Origin: a virus
Virus record (IMG/VR): IMGVR_UViG_3300027659_000014
Coordinates: 1 to 64,000 of that record
Strand: one strand, 5' to 3'
DNA length: 64,000 nt
Below the pieces are notes generated by a model that saw only the letters and a list, made by a program, of their open reading frames with translations, was not told where the DNA came from and searched no databases. The position numbers and the translations under genes are program-made. Shown one piece after another: positions 39,061 through 48,900 of the stretch (within the stretch, counting starts at the first letter, position 1; every line of letters starts with the position of its first letter).

Positions 39061-39357
39061 TTAATTTAAAAATATATTACCAAATTTTGTTTTTAATATA
39101 ATATTTTCAATATTTTTAATATCGTCTTTTTTTTCATTTAAATTGGGGTGTTGAAGTTCAATAACAATATCAATCATTTGTTCTTTAGTTAATATCAAAT
39201 CTTTTTCTTCTTTTACGTTTTTTAAAGATCTCTCCTTCATTTTATTGTAAAAAATTTCTTTTTGTATGTTACCAACTAAGTCTATAAAATCTTTTGGGTT
39301 TTTTTCAAAAAAAGTTATCATTTGACTAATGTAAATTTCAACATCTATATTTTTCAT
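39061..39357 (-). CDS. Hypothetical protein
   Basis: 98-aa ORF. Confidence 0.6.
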   Translation of the reverse strand: MKNIDVEIYISQMITFFEKNPKDFIDLVGNIQKEIFYNKMKERSLKNVKEEKDLILTKEQMIDIVIELQHPNLNEKKDDIKNIENIILKTKFGNIFLN

Positions 39358-39367
39358 AAACTATAAG

Positions 39368-41317
39368 TTAAATTGATGTGATTCCTTTGCAATGTTGTTT
39401 CATATTATCGGGGAATTCTACTAAGAAAAAATCTTCATCTATTGTCATATATTTTCGTAAAACTTCCGGAATTATAATATCTGGATTAGATCCCTCAATT
39501 GAAACAAATTCTAAACAGGTTAAATTTACCATTGATTTGGGTAACCTTTCTAACTCAATGTTATTAGTTAAATTTAAAAATGTTAAATTTTTACATTCAC
39601 CAATACTTTCAGGTATACTTTTGATCATATTATCAAGAACCAAAGTATCTAAATTTTTAAATTTACCAATTGATTCTGGTAAATCTAACAGTATTGGGGA
39701 TGATCCTTTATTTTCAATATTAATGAATTCAATATTTTCTGATAGGGATTCAAAAAATTCTTCAAATCCAAACATCACAATAAATTTAGATGGGTCATCT
39801 TTAGGGTACTGTAATATTACTTTGTTATCCGCAAAAATTGTGTTTAGTTCATTTTTATATTTTCGTTTTAAATCTCTAAAATATGGTCTCATTTCTTGAG
39901 ATAATATTACTGCAATATCGTTTTCTGTTACTTCTTTTAAAGTTTTTGTTAGTATTTTTTCTTTTTTCTTAGAAACATAATATGTCATTGCTGCAGGGGC
40001 TAACCTCTTAACCATGTTACCATCTAATTCATTTCCAAGACCAATATATTTTTTTTGTAATTCTTCAGGTAAATTACCAAATATTTCATCACCATTAGTA
40101 ATATGTTTAAAATCAGGACCTCTTAATTCCATCCATAATTCAACCTCATCTACTGATCCTAATTCTTTAACAGGATCAGAGGTTGTAAGATTAAGACTTT
40201 TATATTTGGTTAGTTTTTTTGTGTCTTCATCAGTAAATGGTTTTGGTACAAGATAATCTTCCTTACCTTCAAGACTAGGAACTTTTTGAGTTATTTCTCT
40301 CCAAGATATTTCTTCTCCTCCCGCAAATCGACCGGAATTTGATCTATCCGCTAATTTCATTCTTCCGTACTTATCAACAAGTATAACAACCGCATAATTT
40401 AAATCAGATTCTTCAAGGTTTTTACTAATAACATAATACAATGTTAAGTTTTGATTTAATCTATAATTGTAATAATAATTACTTGATCCTTCCCATGATG
40501 TACACCATCTTCTATCTGGAGCATATTTTTTTCTAATATTAATACACTTATGTTTTTGATCAGGAGCAAAAATTAATATGTTATCATCTTCATATGCAAT
40601 GTCCACGTCACTCACATCAATTTCAGGCATACTATATTCATCTTCTCCAGCCGGAGTATAACCATCAACAATGTGTTCAAATTCATCAAAAGACATAAAT
40701 GAACTTAATTTTGTGTTTAATGGTATTAATAAAAAATTAGTGACAAATCTTTTAACTCTTGGTAGTATAACTGTAAGTGGATCCTCATCAGGAATTTCTT
40801 TTGCGAATTTCTCAGTCATTCTTTTTGTTAATGCATTTTCTCCGTTCTCATTAAATCTATCAAAATATTTTCTAACAAGACTATCAAGTTGTGATGGGTT
40901 TAAATCTGTAACCGGATTTTTAAACGCTTTATCTTCAGGAAACAATGTTTTCAACTCAAAATATTTTTTAATATTTTGTTTTGTTAGTAGTAAATCCGTT
41001 CCTTCGTATTTTGTAACAAATTCTTGAGCAAAACTATCAAGATCTTTTTTAGTTTGTTGTTTTGTGGATTTATCCTTAATTAACTGTTTTAACTTAATAT
41101 AAGTGTGTCTAAAAATATCCTTATCTTCGTTAGCAAAACCACTTTTAAATCTTTCAAAGTCAGAAATAACTTTTTTTATATCATCCTCACTATCGTCTGT
41201 TTCTAATGAAAATTTATCAACTAATCGTTTAATTGTTGATTCAGGATATTCTAATAATATTTTTTGTATATTTAGATTTTCATTAATTATCTTTGACAAA
41301 ATTTTTACTAATTCCAT
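39368..41317 (-). CDS. Large protein with leader, WCT-motif domain and C-terminal leucine-rich repeats
   Basis: MELVKILSKIINE...ILLE; RRWCTSW...YYNY; LPESIGKFKNLDTL / IPESIGECKNLTFLNL / LPKSMVNLTCL. Confidence 0.8.
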   Translation of the reverse strand: MELVKILSKIINENLNIQKILLEYPESTIKRLVDKFSLETDDSEDDIKKVISDFERFKSGFANEDKDIFRHTYIKLKQLIKDKSTKQQTKKDLDSFAQEFVTKYEGTDLLLTKQNIKKYFELKTLFPEDKAFKNPVTDLNPSQLDSLVRKYFDRFNENGENALTKRMTEKFAKEIPDEDPLTVILPRVKRFVTNFLLIPLNTKLSSFMSFDEFEHIVDGYTPAGEDEYSMPEIDVSDVDIAYEDDNILIFAPDQKHKCINIRKKYAPDRRWCTSWEGSSNYYYNYRLNQNLTLYYVISKNLEESDLNYAVVILVDKYGRMKLADRSNSGRFAGGEEISWREITQKVPSLEGKEDYLVPKPFTDEDTKKLTKYKSLNLTTSDPVKELGSVDEVELWMELRGPDFKHITNGDEIFGNLPEELQKKYIGLGNELDGNMVKRLAPAAMTYYVSKKKEKILTKTLKEVTENDIAVILSQEMRPYFRDLKRKYKNELNTIFADNKVILQYPKDDPSKFIVMFGFEEFFESLSENIEFINIENKGSSPILLDLPESIGKFKNLDTLVLDNMIKSIPESIGECKNLTFLNLTNNIELERLPKSMVNLTCLEFVSIEGSNPDIIIPEVLRKYMTIDEDFFLVEFPDNMKQHCKGITSI

Positions 41318-41362
41318 AATATTTTTTTACTATAAATATCATTTAAATAAAAAAAAAACAAA

Positions 41363-42271
41363 TTATACATAAATATGCTTAAACATATCCAATTGTTCTC
41401 CAACTTTTATTTTTTTAACTTTATTTTCACCGTAATTCATAATTAACAATTCTTCCCCCATATTTTGTTTCACCCCACTTTTAGCTGATGCGGCTTTAGC
41501 AAATTCTTTCATCTCCCACGAGTATTCATCTACTGGAAACCATTTTCTTAAAATTGGAAAATCATAATAACTAAGTGAAAATTTTCCTTTAATTTGTTTT
41601 AAAGAATTTGCCAATCTTTCATGGTCATTTCTATCAAAATCATGGTTTGAATAATAGTTCTCTGTTTTCCAATAGGGTGGGTCAACATAAAAATATGTAT
41701 TTGGTGAATCATACATTTCAATTAATATTTGAAAATCTAAATTTTCAACAAATGTTATCTTATCAAAATGATCTCTAAATTCTTTATTTTTTAATTTATC
41801 CATAAATATTAAAATTTTACATCTGTATTTACCTTTATAATCGGTATATTTTGATGTTTCAGGTTTAGATCCAGAAAATACCTGAGTTAATACATACACA
41901 TATTTTGCTGCAACCTCAAATCTATTATTTTCAGTTATATCAATTCCACTATGAAAAACTTCTTGTTGGAACTGATTAAACATTTCTTCGTATTCTGGAG
42001 GTGTATTTTCAACCCCTACCTGTTGACAAGGGTATTTATTTAGTTCATCCCAAAGTCTGTCATAATCTTTAGAACATCTAAATAAATTGGCATTTAATCC
42101 ATTAAAATCATTATAAACAACAGTTTTAAGGTTTGGGTACTCATTTAACTTTGTTTTAAAAAAAACCCAATACATACCACCAAATGGTTCAACATAAGTT
42201 TCAATGTTTTTTGGAATAAATGGTACAATCCATTTACCAATTCGAGCTTTTCCTCCGATGTAAGATATCAT
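41363..42271 (-). CDS. Dam-like DNA adenine methyltransferase (D12 class)
   Basis: YIGGK, YVEPFGG, YND, FYVDPPY motifs. Confidence 0.9.
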   Translation of the reverse strand: MISYIGGKARIGKWIVPFIPKNIETYVEPFGGMYWVFFKTKLNEYPNLKTVVYNDFNGLNANLFRCSKDYDRLWDELNKYPCQQVGVENTPPEYEEMFNQFQQEVFHSGIDITENNRFEVAAKYVYVLTQVFSGSKPETSKYTDYKGKYRCKILIFMDKLKNKEFRDHFDKITFVENLDFQILIEMYDSPNTYFYVDPPYWKTENYYSNHDFDRNDHERLANSLKQIKGKFSLSYYDFPILRKWFPVDEYSWEMKEFAKAASAKSGVKQNMGEELLIMNYGENKVKKIKVGEQLDMFKHIYV

Positions 42272-42351
42272 ATATATATGTTTTATATAAAAATAATAAT
42301 TTTATATTTATTTGTCAAATATGTAACACTATATTTATTAAAAAAGAAAGT

Positions 42352-42507
42352 ATGAAAACTGAAGCAACACAAGTAACCGGATGTAAAAAATGTGGACAAT
42401 CGCCAAGTAAAACACAAAAATTTGTTTTTATTACTGGAGCAATAATGTTTTTATTGACAATATATGGTTTAGTTTCTTTAATATATGATATTAAATCACT
42501 ATTTTAA
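42352..42507 (+). CDS. Small CxxC plus TM protein
   Basis: Likely start MKTEATQVTGCKKCGQ after TATTTATT; C-terminal TM. Confidence 0.55.
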   Translation: MKTEATQVTGCKKCGQSPSKTQKFVFITGAIMFLLTIYGLVSLIYDIKSLF

Positions 42508-43430
42508 CTTCTATTGTATTTAATATATTGATTTATTAATAAATCACCATTATGTTGGTTTTTATACCCTTTTCCTTTAACTCTTAATGGTGTTGATGTA
42601 TCAACATTATTTGGGAATTTAACATTTATTTTTCCATCTGGATGTGGAACATCAAATGATCCTCTTTTTAAATCATCAAGATTTAAAAAAGCACTATATA
42701 TAAGATTTGTTCCTAATTTTTCAAAGTTACCCTCATTAGTTGTTTTAACTCTAATAACCAAATTACCATATCCCCCGTTTCTATAATCACCAAGTCCTTG
42801 TAATCTTAAAAACTGACCATCATCAATTCCATGTGGTAGTTGGATCTCGATTGTTTTAATCTCATTTTTTGTTCCTTGTCCCCCACAAGCATAGCAAGCT
42901 GCTGTTGTTATTTTACCAACACCATTACAAGTATTACACGCTACTTGGACTATCTGTATAAACATTCCTGAACCCATTTGTTTTACAACAAATCCTTTTC
43001 CATTACAAACATTACATGGTTTTTTCTCTCCCCCATTTCCATTACATGGAGGACATTTATCTTTTCTGTTATATGTTATACTTTTTTTACCCGCTAAGTA
43101 TGATTCCAATACACCAATATTTATATCAATTATGGTGTCGTGAACTCTATTTTGTGAATTACGACCACCAAACATATTATTCATAATGTCATTCATTGAT
43201 TGACCTCCAAAACCGTTCATGTTAGAAAATGGGTTATTTCGTTGGTTGTTGTATTGTGATCTTTTATTTTCGTCTCCAATAGTATCATATGCAGTTGAGA
43301 TTTTTTTAAACTTTTCCTCATCCCCACCTTTATCGGGGTGATTTTCTTTAACTAAATTCCTATAAGCTTTTTTAATTTCGTCTTGAGTTGCACTTTCTGT
43401 AACTCCTAACACATTATAATAATCTTCCAT
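42504..43430 (-). CDS. dnaJ: DnaJ co-chaperone
   Basis: J-domain with HPD, four CxxCxGxG repeats, C-terminal domain; TATATTTG promoter at 43463-43470. Confidence 0.93.
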   Translation of the reverse strand: MEDYYNVLGVTESATQDEIKKAYRNLVKENHPDKGGDEEKFKKISTAYDTIGDENKRSQYNNQRNNPFSNMNGFGGQSMNDIMNNMFGGRNSQNRVHDTIIDINIGVLESYLAGKKSITYNRKDKCPPCNGNGGEKKPCNVCNGKGFVVKQMGSGMFIQIVQVACNTCNGVGKITTAACYACGGQGTKNEIKTIEIQLPHGIDDGQFLRLQGLGDYRNGGYGNLVIRVKTTNEGNFEKLGTNLIYSAFLNLDDLKRGSFDVPHPDGKINVKFPNNVDTSTPLRVKGKGYKNQHNGDLLINQYIKYNRS

Positions 43431-43480
43431 ATTTATTTTTACTAATTTATAATTATACTTAACAAATATATCATAACCAA

Positions 43481-44119
43481 ATGAGTAACTTTATAATTGT
43501 TTTATTTAAAAATAAGATAAAAAAGAAAATAATAAAGAAATTTAAAACTTATAATAACGCAAAAAAATTTTATGATAAAATTTTAAGTGAAAGTAATACA
43601 GTTATTTTTAATATGGAGACAGAAAATGGTAAGTATTGTGAATATGAACTTGGGTTTTTAGAAAGAGGTGTTGCTCACAGACCTTATTTTGTTCGAGATA
43701 AATACGGAAGACAAATAAGGGTTGACCTTGAGGATCCTGATTTTAATTTAAAAATACTTAATGACTATAAAAAAGAAGAATTATTATTTGATATAACAAA
43801 ATCTAAAAGAATTACAGTTTTAACAATGATAAAAGAATATCTTCCAAAAGTAGGAATAAAAATGATTTCTAAACTGAATAATAAAATTATTATTCAAAAT
43901 AACGAAAAAATACATTTGTTTTCATTAAAGACTGAAGAGGATTCAAATAGACTAATAGACACTCTATCAGAATACATGATTAACCAACAAAGGATTGATT
44001 GTATATTAATTAAAGATGGGTCAAAAGAACAAAAAAAGTACATGTATGATCTTTTAAATAAGAATGGTTATGATAAATCAATTCTTTACCGTAAGTTTAC
44101 CACTTATAAAAGATTTTAA
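43481..44119 (+). CDS. Hypothetical protein
   Basis: 212-aa ORF. Confidence 0.65.
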   Translation: MSNFIIVLFKNKIKKKIIKKFKTYNNAKKFYDKILSESNTVIFNMETENGKYCEYELGFLERGVAHRPYFVRDKYGRQIRVDLEDPDFNLKILNDYKKEELLFDITKSKRITVLTMIKEYLPKVGIKMISKLNNKIIIQNNEKIHLFSLKTEEDSNRLIDTLSEYMINQQRIDCILIKDGSKEQKKYMYDLLNKNGYDKSILYRKFTTYKRF

Positions 44120-44386
44120 TTTACCAAAAATACTAATTTTTACAGGTTCTTCTATTTTAATTGTATTTTCTAAAATAAAAACAACTTCAATTCCCGATAA
44201 ATCAATTTTAAACTGATTAAATCCACTATCTATATGTCTAAAATTAGATTGTACTTTTTTAAAATCTTCATAATTTAATTCAAAAACAATAAACGATTTT
44301 CCATTTGGGAATAATGTTTGAATTCCATCGGTTATCAATGCCAATTTTTCTATTACCCCATCAACACTTTTTTGATTTTTTCCCAT
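44078..44386 (-). CDS. Hypothetical protein
   Basis: 102-aa ORF. Confidence 0.55.
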   Translation of the reverse strand: MGKNQKSVDGVIEKLALITDGIQTLFPNGKSFIVFELNYEDFKKVQSNFRHIDSGFNQFKIDLSGIEVVFILENTIKIEEPVKISIFGKLKSFISGKLTVKN

Positions 44387-44559
44387 AATGTTAATTTTAT
44401 TTCTTTTTGGTTTAAGACAATATCTTCTTTTTTTATTTTTTTAATCTGTTCAATAAACCGATTTTTTTCATGTTTTAAATTAAGAATATCTTTTTCAATT
44501 TCATTATTTAACCACTGTTGGGTTTTCTCCGGATGGCTTAATAGTTTCTTCTTTGTCAT
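44353..44559 (-). CDS. Hypothetical protein
   Basis: 68-aa ORF in an overlapping chain. Confidence 0.5.
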   Translation of the reverse strand: MTKKKLLSHPEKTQQWLNNEIEKDILNLKHEKNRFIEQIKKIKKEDIVLNQKEIKLTLWEKIKKVLMG

Positions 44560-44941
44560 CTAATTCAATTTTATTTTCAGTAATTTCAAATTTTAATGCT
44601 TGTAAATTATTTAAATTTTCTTTTTCAAACATTTTTTTTAACTCATCAACTTTTATTTGGAATAATCTTTCTTTTTCTTCTCTTTCTTTATTATATGCAA
44701 TAATATTTTTTATGTTAAAGATTGTTTCATCCACTAACTTTTCACTAAACTCAGAAACAAATGAAAAGGATCTATGTCCTGTGTTTGATTTCTGATTTTC
44801 AATTACTTTTTCTTCGTTAACAAATTTTTTGGGTAATTTCCATGTATCCGGAAACTCAATATCAAAAGATAAATATGATTTTAGTTTCCTAACTGATTGT
44901 AGATACGGAAAAAGTATTGTAAATTCTTTATATATGCTCAT
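44504..44941 (-). CDS. Hypothetical protein
   Basis: 145-aa ORF. Confidence 0.6.
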   Translation of the reverse strand: MSIYKEFTILFPYLQSVRKLKSYLSFDIEFPDTWKLPKKFVNEEKVIENQKSNTGHRSFSFVSEFSEKLVDETIFNIKNIIAYNKEREEKERLFQIKVDELKKMFEKENLNNLQALKFEITENKIELDDKEETIKPSGENPTVVK

Positions 44942-45130
44942 TTATACTTGTATTAAATACGTTATTAAATAACTTAATGATAAACCATTGAATAAAATTT
45001 CCCTATTACTTAAAACCATTTTTTCTGGTTTTGTTTGTAATAGGGAAATAATAAATTTTAATGCTGTTCTCACCAATAAAATTGTTGAGAATATAAAAAC
45101 AAATAAATATATTGTTTCTATATTAGTCAT
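44942..45130 (-). CDS. Small two-TM membrane protein
   Basis: 62-aa hydrophobic ORF. Confidence 0.55.
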   Translation of the reverse strand: MTNIETIYLFVFIFSTILLVRTALKFIISLLQTKPEKMVLSNREILFNGLSLSYLITYLIQV

Positions 45131-45296
45131 TTTTTTTTGTCTCTAAAATTTCTCCACGAAGAATTTGTAATAATGCCTTTAATTCTTGTGATGTTTTTCT
45201 AGCTCTTGTTCCAGCGCTTTTATTTCCACCAAAAAATTTAGTTACATTAAGATTTAGTTCTTCAGTTAGAGAATTGATTTTTTCTAAAGTTTTCAT
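45123..45296 (-). CDS. Histone H1-like Hc1 family protein (missing from ORF track)
   Basis: MKTLEKINSLTEELNLNVTKFFGGNKSAGTRARKTSQELKALLQILRGEILETKKND carries the GNKxAGTRARK Hc1 signature. Confidence 0.8.
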   Translation of the reverse strand: MKTLEKINSLTEELNLNVTKFFGGNKSAGTRARKTSQELKALLQILRGEILETKKND

Positions 45297-45363
45297 TTTT
45301 TAAATTAATAATAGTTTATTTTTATATATTTAAGTTTAATAAAAAAAATGTTGTTTGTAAATA

Positions 45364-45831
45364 CTACAGGACCATATTTTTATCTAATGACTTATAAATG
45401 TTTAATATTATATCTAAATCAGATTTGGTAAACGATTTTTTTTTATTAAATACATCATTAAAAAATGTTTCAATTGTTTTTCTCATTTTATCTTCTTTTT
45501 GATTATAAAACGTGTCTATAAAAAATTGATTAAAATAATCATAATGTTCTCCTTTATCTTTGAAGACTATGTTTTCTTTATTGAAATTATTAATGGTTTT
45601 ATCCCAACACCAATCAAAGTGTTTTTGTTTGTCTTCATTTGACATAACAATTTTAGTTTCATTTATATTATCATCTTCCCCCAAATAAGTTTCAAGTATT
45701 AAATAATATAAAGAAAATGAAAAGTCATAATATAATTCCATTTTTTCAGAAATTATATTATTTATCCTGAACCAGATGTCTACATCTTCAGGTTTAATTG
45801 GTTGGGTTATGTAGTTAAAAAAATTGTCCAT
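45364..45831 (-). CDS. Hypothetical protein
   Basis: 155-aa ORF. Confidence 0.65.
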   Translation of the reverse strand: MDNFFNYITQPIKPEDVDIWFRINNIISEKMELYYDFSFSLYYLILETYLGEDDNINETKIVMSNEDKQKHFDWCWDKTINNFNKENIVFKDKGEHYDYFNQFFIDTFYNQKEDKMRKTIETFFNDVFNKKKSFTKSDLDIILNIYKSLDKNMVL

Positions 45832-45879
45832 AGATTAATACCTATGGACAAATAATAATATAGATTATTTATATGTAAA

Positions 45880-47094
45880 TTATTGAGTCTTTTCTTTGTA
45901 TCCCATTAACGATTTCATTCTGTCAAACTCCTCTTTCAATTTACTTTTACCACCTTTTTTATTTTTTAATGGTATTTCATCATATACTGGAGAAGGTACT
46001 CTTCCGTATGATTCATCTTTCCATTTTGCCAATTGGTCATCTTCAAAATATTTTGAAAATTTATCGTTAACTCCAGTATTTTCAGCATTTGCCCATTCTT
46101 GGTTGTTACCATTAGTAGAACTTCCTTTTATTTGTTTTTCAATTGTTTCTTTTTTAGGTGGTTTTCCGTCGTAATCAGGAATATTCTGTCCCGCAACTTC
46201 CACATTAAAGTCAGTTCCTTCATCATCAATTTCATAAGCCATTTTATCCATTTTAGCCAATTGACCGTTACCTTTTGGAAAATGTTTTGGCTTGGTATTA
46301 AATTTCTCTTTAGATCCACTTTTAGTATAATCTAACATTTTTTTAGAAAATTCTTTCATGTAATTTTCATTTTCTTTACCAGATCCTTTATGTGCTTTTT
46401 CATAAGCTTCCAAACCTGCTGGTGTTTTTCCTTTTTTTATATTACTTTTTTCTTTTTCTTCAATAATAATATTTTCTATCAGATTAATAATCTCGTTCTC
46501 TGTAAACAATTCAGACCCATGACCAGAATTTAACCTATATAAAACATTATTATTTTCTTCCAAGGAAGAATTATCAGTATATTCTTTATTACCAAGTTTG
46601 AATTTTCCACCTTTTGGTGTTTGTCTTAATTTATTCGTGAATGAATTTCCTTCCGCAGTTTCATCTTCTTCCATGTAAGATTTATCACCACACTCCATAC
46701 ATTCACCTTTATTCTCTTTTGTCTCTCTTTTCTTTCTTAAGAGTGTAAAATCTTCTTTATCAATTCTATTATTTTTATTTTTATCTATATTTTTTTGTTT
46801 ACCAAATAATCTTTCGGTTATTTCTTCAATATCAGAATCACTTAATTTATTATTATTTCTATAACTCTTACGAGTTTCTAAAACCTCACTATTTTCTTTA
46901 TATCCACATGATTCACACGCTTCTCCTTCTCTAATTTCTCCACCGCATGATTCACACATTTCTCCTTCAACATAGTCAAATGAAGTTCCAGGTTTATTAA
47001 ATTTTAATTTTTCCATTACTTCTTTTGCTTTATCCTCTAAAGTTTCATTAAGAATTTTTTTTAATAAAACATTATAATAATTGTTATTTTTCAT
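45880..47094 (-). CDS. Charged low-complexity protein with multiple xxE leader-like motifs (possible head core/scaffold)
   Basis: LLKKILNE, LFTENEIINLIENIIIEE and LKEEFDRMKSLM motifs; CxxC pairs; TATTTATA upstream. Confidence 0.65.
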   Translation of the reverse strand: MKNNNYYNVLLKKILNETLEDKAKEVMEKLKFNKPGTSFDYVEGEMCESCGGEIREGEACESCGYKENSEVLETRKSYRNNNKLSDSDIEEITERLFGKQKNIDKNKNNRIDKEDFTLLRKKRETKENKGECMECGDKSYMEEDETAEGNSFTNKLRQTPKGGKFKLGNKEYTDNSSLEENNNVLYRLNSGHGSELFTENEIINLIENIIIEEKEKSNIKKGKTPAGLEAYEKAHKGSGKENENYMKEFSKKMLDYTKSGSKEKFNTKPKHFPKGNGQLAKMDKMAYEIDDEGTDFNVEVAGQNIPDYDGKPPKKETIEKQIKGSSTNGNNQEWANAENTGVNDKFSKYFEDDQLAKWKDESYGRVPSPVYDEIPLKNKKGGKSKLKEEFDRMKSLMGYKEKTQ

Positions 47095-47115
47095 TTTCTT
47101 GTTTATATATAAATA

Positions 47116-47883
47116 TCAATGTTTATTCAATTTTTCCATTTCTAAATAAATTATATTTCTAACATAGTTTTCTGTTATTCCATAAGACTCACTTATATTT
47201 GTTATAACTCTTTTTAATCCTTTGTTTTCAAAAATTTTAAGTGCGTTAATATCCCCTTGATTACAATAAGGAAACTTTTTACATTTTTTCTTAACTTGGA
47301 CAAATTTACCTCCAGGAATTTGAGTGTTACGGCTTGGTCCCCAATCTTTTTTGTTGGTTGACTTTGCCCATATCGAGGGTCCTGAGTATTGACCTGATGA
47401 TACGGTACTTGCGCCTTCTTTTGTTTCAAACTTTTTAGGTCTATTACAAGTACAATCTTTTTCTATGTTTTTACATTTTTCACAATATTTCTTTTCTTTA
47501 ATTTCTTGAGATGAAAAAAGTGCTCCACCTGAATATGCTCCGGCAGATACCGATCCAGTTTCTTTAGTTTCTTCTTTTTTACTTTTAGTTATTTCTAATA
47601 ATGAATGTAGAAAATCGTTAATATCTTCAGGATTTTCTAACATTTTTTTTAATTCAGTTCTTGTTTTACTTACTGACATTTTGTTTTTAACTAATGTTAG
47701 TATGTCATTTAAATTAGTTTTTTTATCTTTTAAATAATCTTGTGGTTTTGTTTTTTTCTTTTTTTCTTTTTCTTCTTCCATTGGTTGGAAGTTTTTTCTT
47801 TGTTTGGACAAGTCAACCCCATTTACCCCCAATCCGTTTGCGGCATTATTATATTCTTTATTAAACATGTTAATCATATCCAT
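47116..47883 (-). CDS. Hypothetical protein with duplicated KE(T/G)xxxS(A/S)GxYSG motif
   Basis: KETGSVSAGAYSG and KEGASTVSSGQYSG; CKKFPYCNQG. Confidence 0.65.
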   Translation of the reverse strand: MDMINMFNKEYNNAANGLGVNGVDLSKQRKNFQPMEEEKEKKKKTKPQDYLKDKKTNLNDILTLVKNKMSVSKTRTELKKMLENPEDINDFLHSLLEITKSKKEETKETGSVSAGAYSGGALFSSQEIKEKKYCEKCKNIEKDCTCNRPKKFETKEGASTVSSGQYSGPSIWAKSTNKKDWGPSRNTQIPGGKFVQVKKKCKKFPYCNQGDINALKIFENKGLKRVITNISESYGITENYVRNIIYLEMEKLNKH

Positions 47884-48128
47884 TATGAACTTTTAAATTT
47901 AGATTCCCAAAAATTTCTTTGTTGGTACATTATAGTATAAAACTCCCTAAACGATTTAATTATTAATTCTTTAACATCTTTCTCTAATTTACCTCGTTTC
48001 ATCTCTTTAGAAATTCTTTCTAATAATTTATCTTCAAATTGTTTAGCTGTTGCCGACCCTAAAAAGTCTTTTATTTCTTTTTTTATTAATGATTCAATTT
48101 CTCTTTTATCCGATTGTGTTAGTGCCAT
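47883..48128 (-). CDS. Hypothetical protein
   Basis: 81-aa ORF. Confidence 0.6.
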   Translation of the reverse strand: MALTQSDKREIESLIKKEIKDFLGSATAKQFEDKLLERISKEMKRGKLEKDVKELIIKSFREFYTIMYQQRNFWESKFKSS

Positions 48129-48129
48129 T

Positions 48130-48543
48130 TTATTTTACTATTATCCCATATGTTAATCCTCCTATAATAGCTGAGGAAATAATCTGAATTATTGTATTTT
48201 TTCTTTTTAATTTTCTATTGTCTGATGTAAGATCTTTATTAATATTATCAACAATTTGAAATTTATCATTTGTTTTTTGAATAATTATTTCACTTGTTTT
48301 AAACTTTTCTTCCATTGTTATAATAATAGATTGTTGTACCTCAATTTTTTTATTTAACTCAACAACCTCATTTTTGGTTAATTTTAAAATCGCGGAAGTA
48401 GAATCCAATTTATTTAGATCCATCATGATCTGTTTTCCTACTTTATAAGGAATACATATTTCAGTAGTATCTTCTTTTTTTGTTGTTTGGGATAAAATAG
48501 AAACCCCAAAAAACACAAATAATATTAGTATTAAATTTTTCAT
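48130..48543 (-). CDS. Secreted/membrane coiled-coil protein (spanin-like candidate)
   Basis: Signal peptide, coiled coil, C-terminal TM. Confidence 0.5.
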   Translation of the reverse strand: MKNLILILFVFFGVSILSQTTKKEDTTEICIPYKVGKQIMMDLNKLDSTSAILKLTKNEVVELNKKIEVQQSIIITMEEKFKTSEIIIQKTNDKFQIVDNINKDLTSDNRKLKRKNTIIQIISSAIIGGLTYGIIVK

Positions 48544-48546
48544 GTT

Positions 48547-48900
48547 TTAAAAATTATATCTTAATCGTAATAAACTATCAATTTGTTTAGGGTTTGAGTT
48601 TTTAATTTCATTACCTTTTTGTTGGTAATAGTTATTAACAACTTCTTTTTTGATTTTAATATTAGATATTGTTGAATCAATTTTATGTATATCTTCATTA
48701 TATTTTGTTATTTTTTCATCTAATTTTTTTTGATAGTTAATCATACTATCAATATCTTTATTAAGTTGTTCAATTTGTTTTTTATCCTCTTTTGACATTC
48801 CATTATCAACTTTTGTCATATCGTAAATAATTAAACCAATTAATATAATAACAAATGTTAATATAATGTATTTGAAGTTTTCATTTAAAAAATTTTTCAT
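48547..48900 (-). CDS. Membrane-anchored coiled-coil protein (i-spanin-like candidate)
   Basis: N-terminal TM plus periplasmic coiled coil. Confidence 0.5.
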   Translation of the reverse strand: MKNFLNENFKYIILTFVIILIGLIIYDMTKVDNGMSKEDKKQIEQLNKDIDSMINYQKKLDEKITKYNEDIHKIDSTISNIKIKKEVVNNYYQQKGNEIKNSNPKQIDSLLRLRYNF

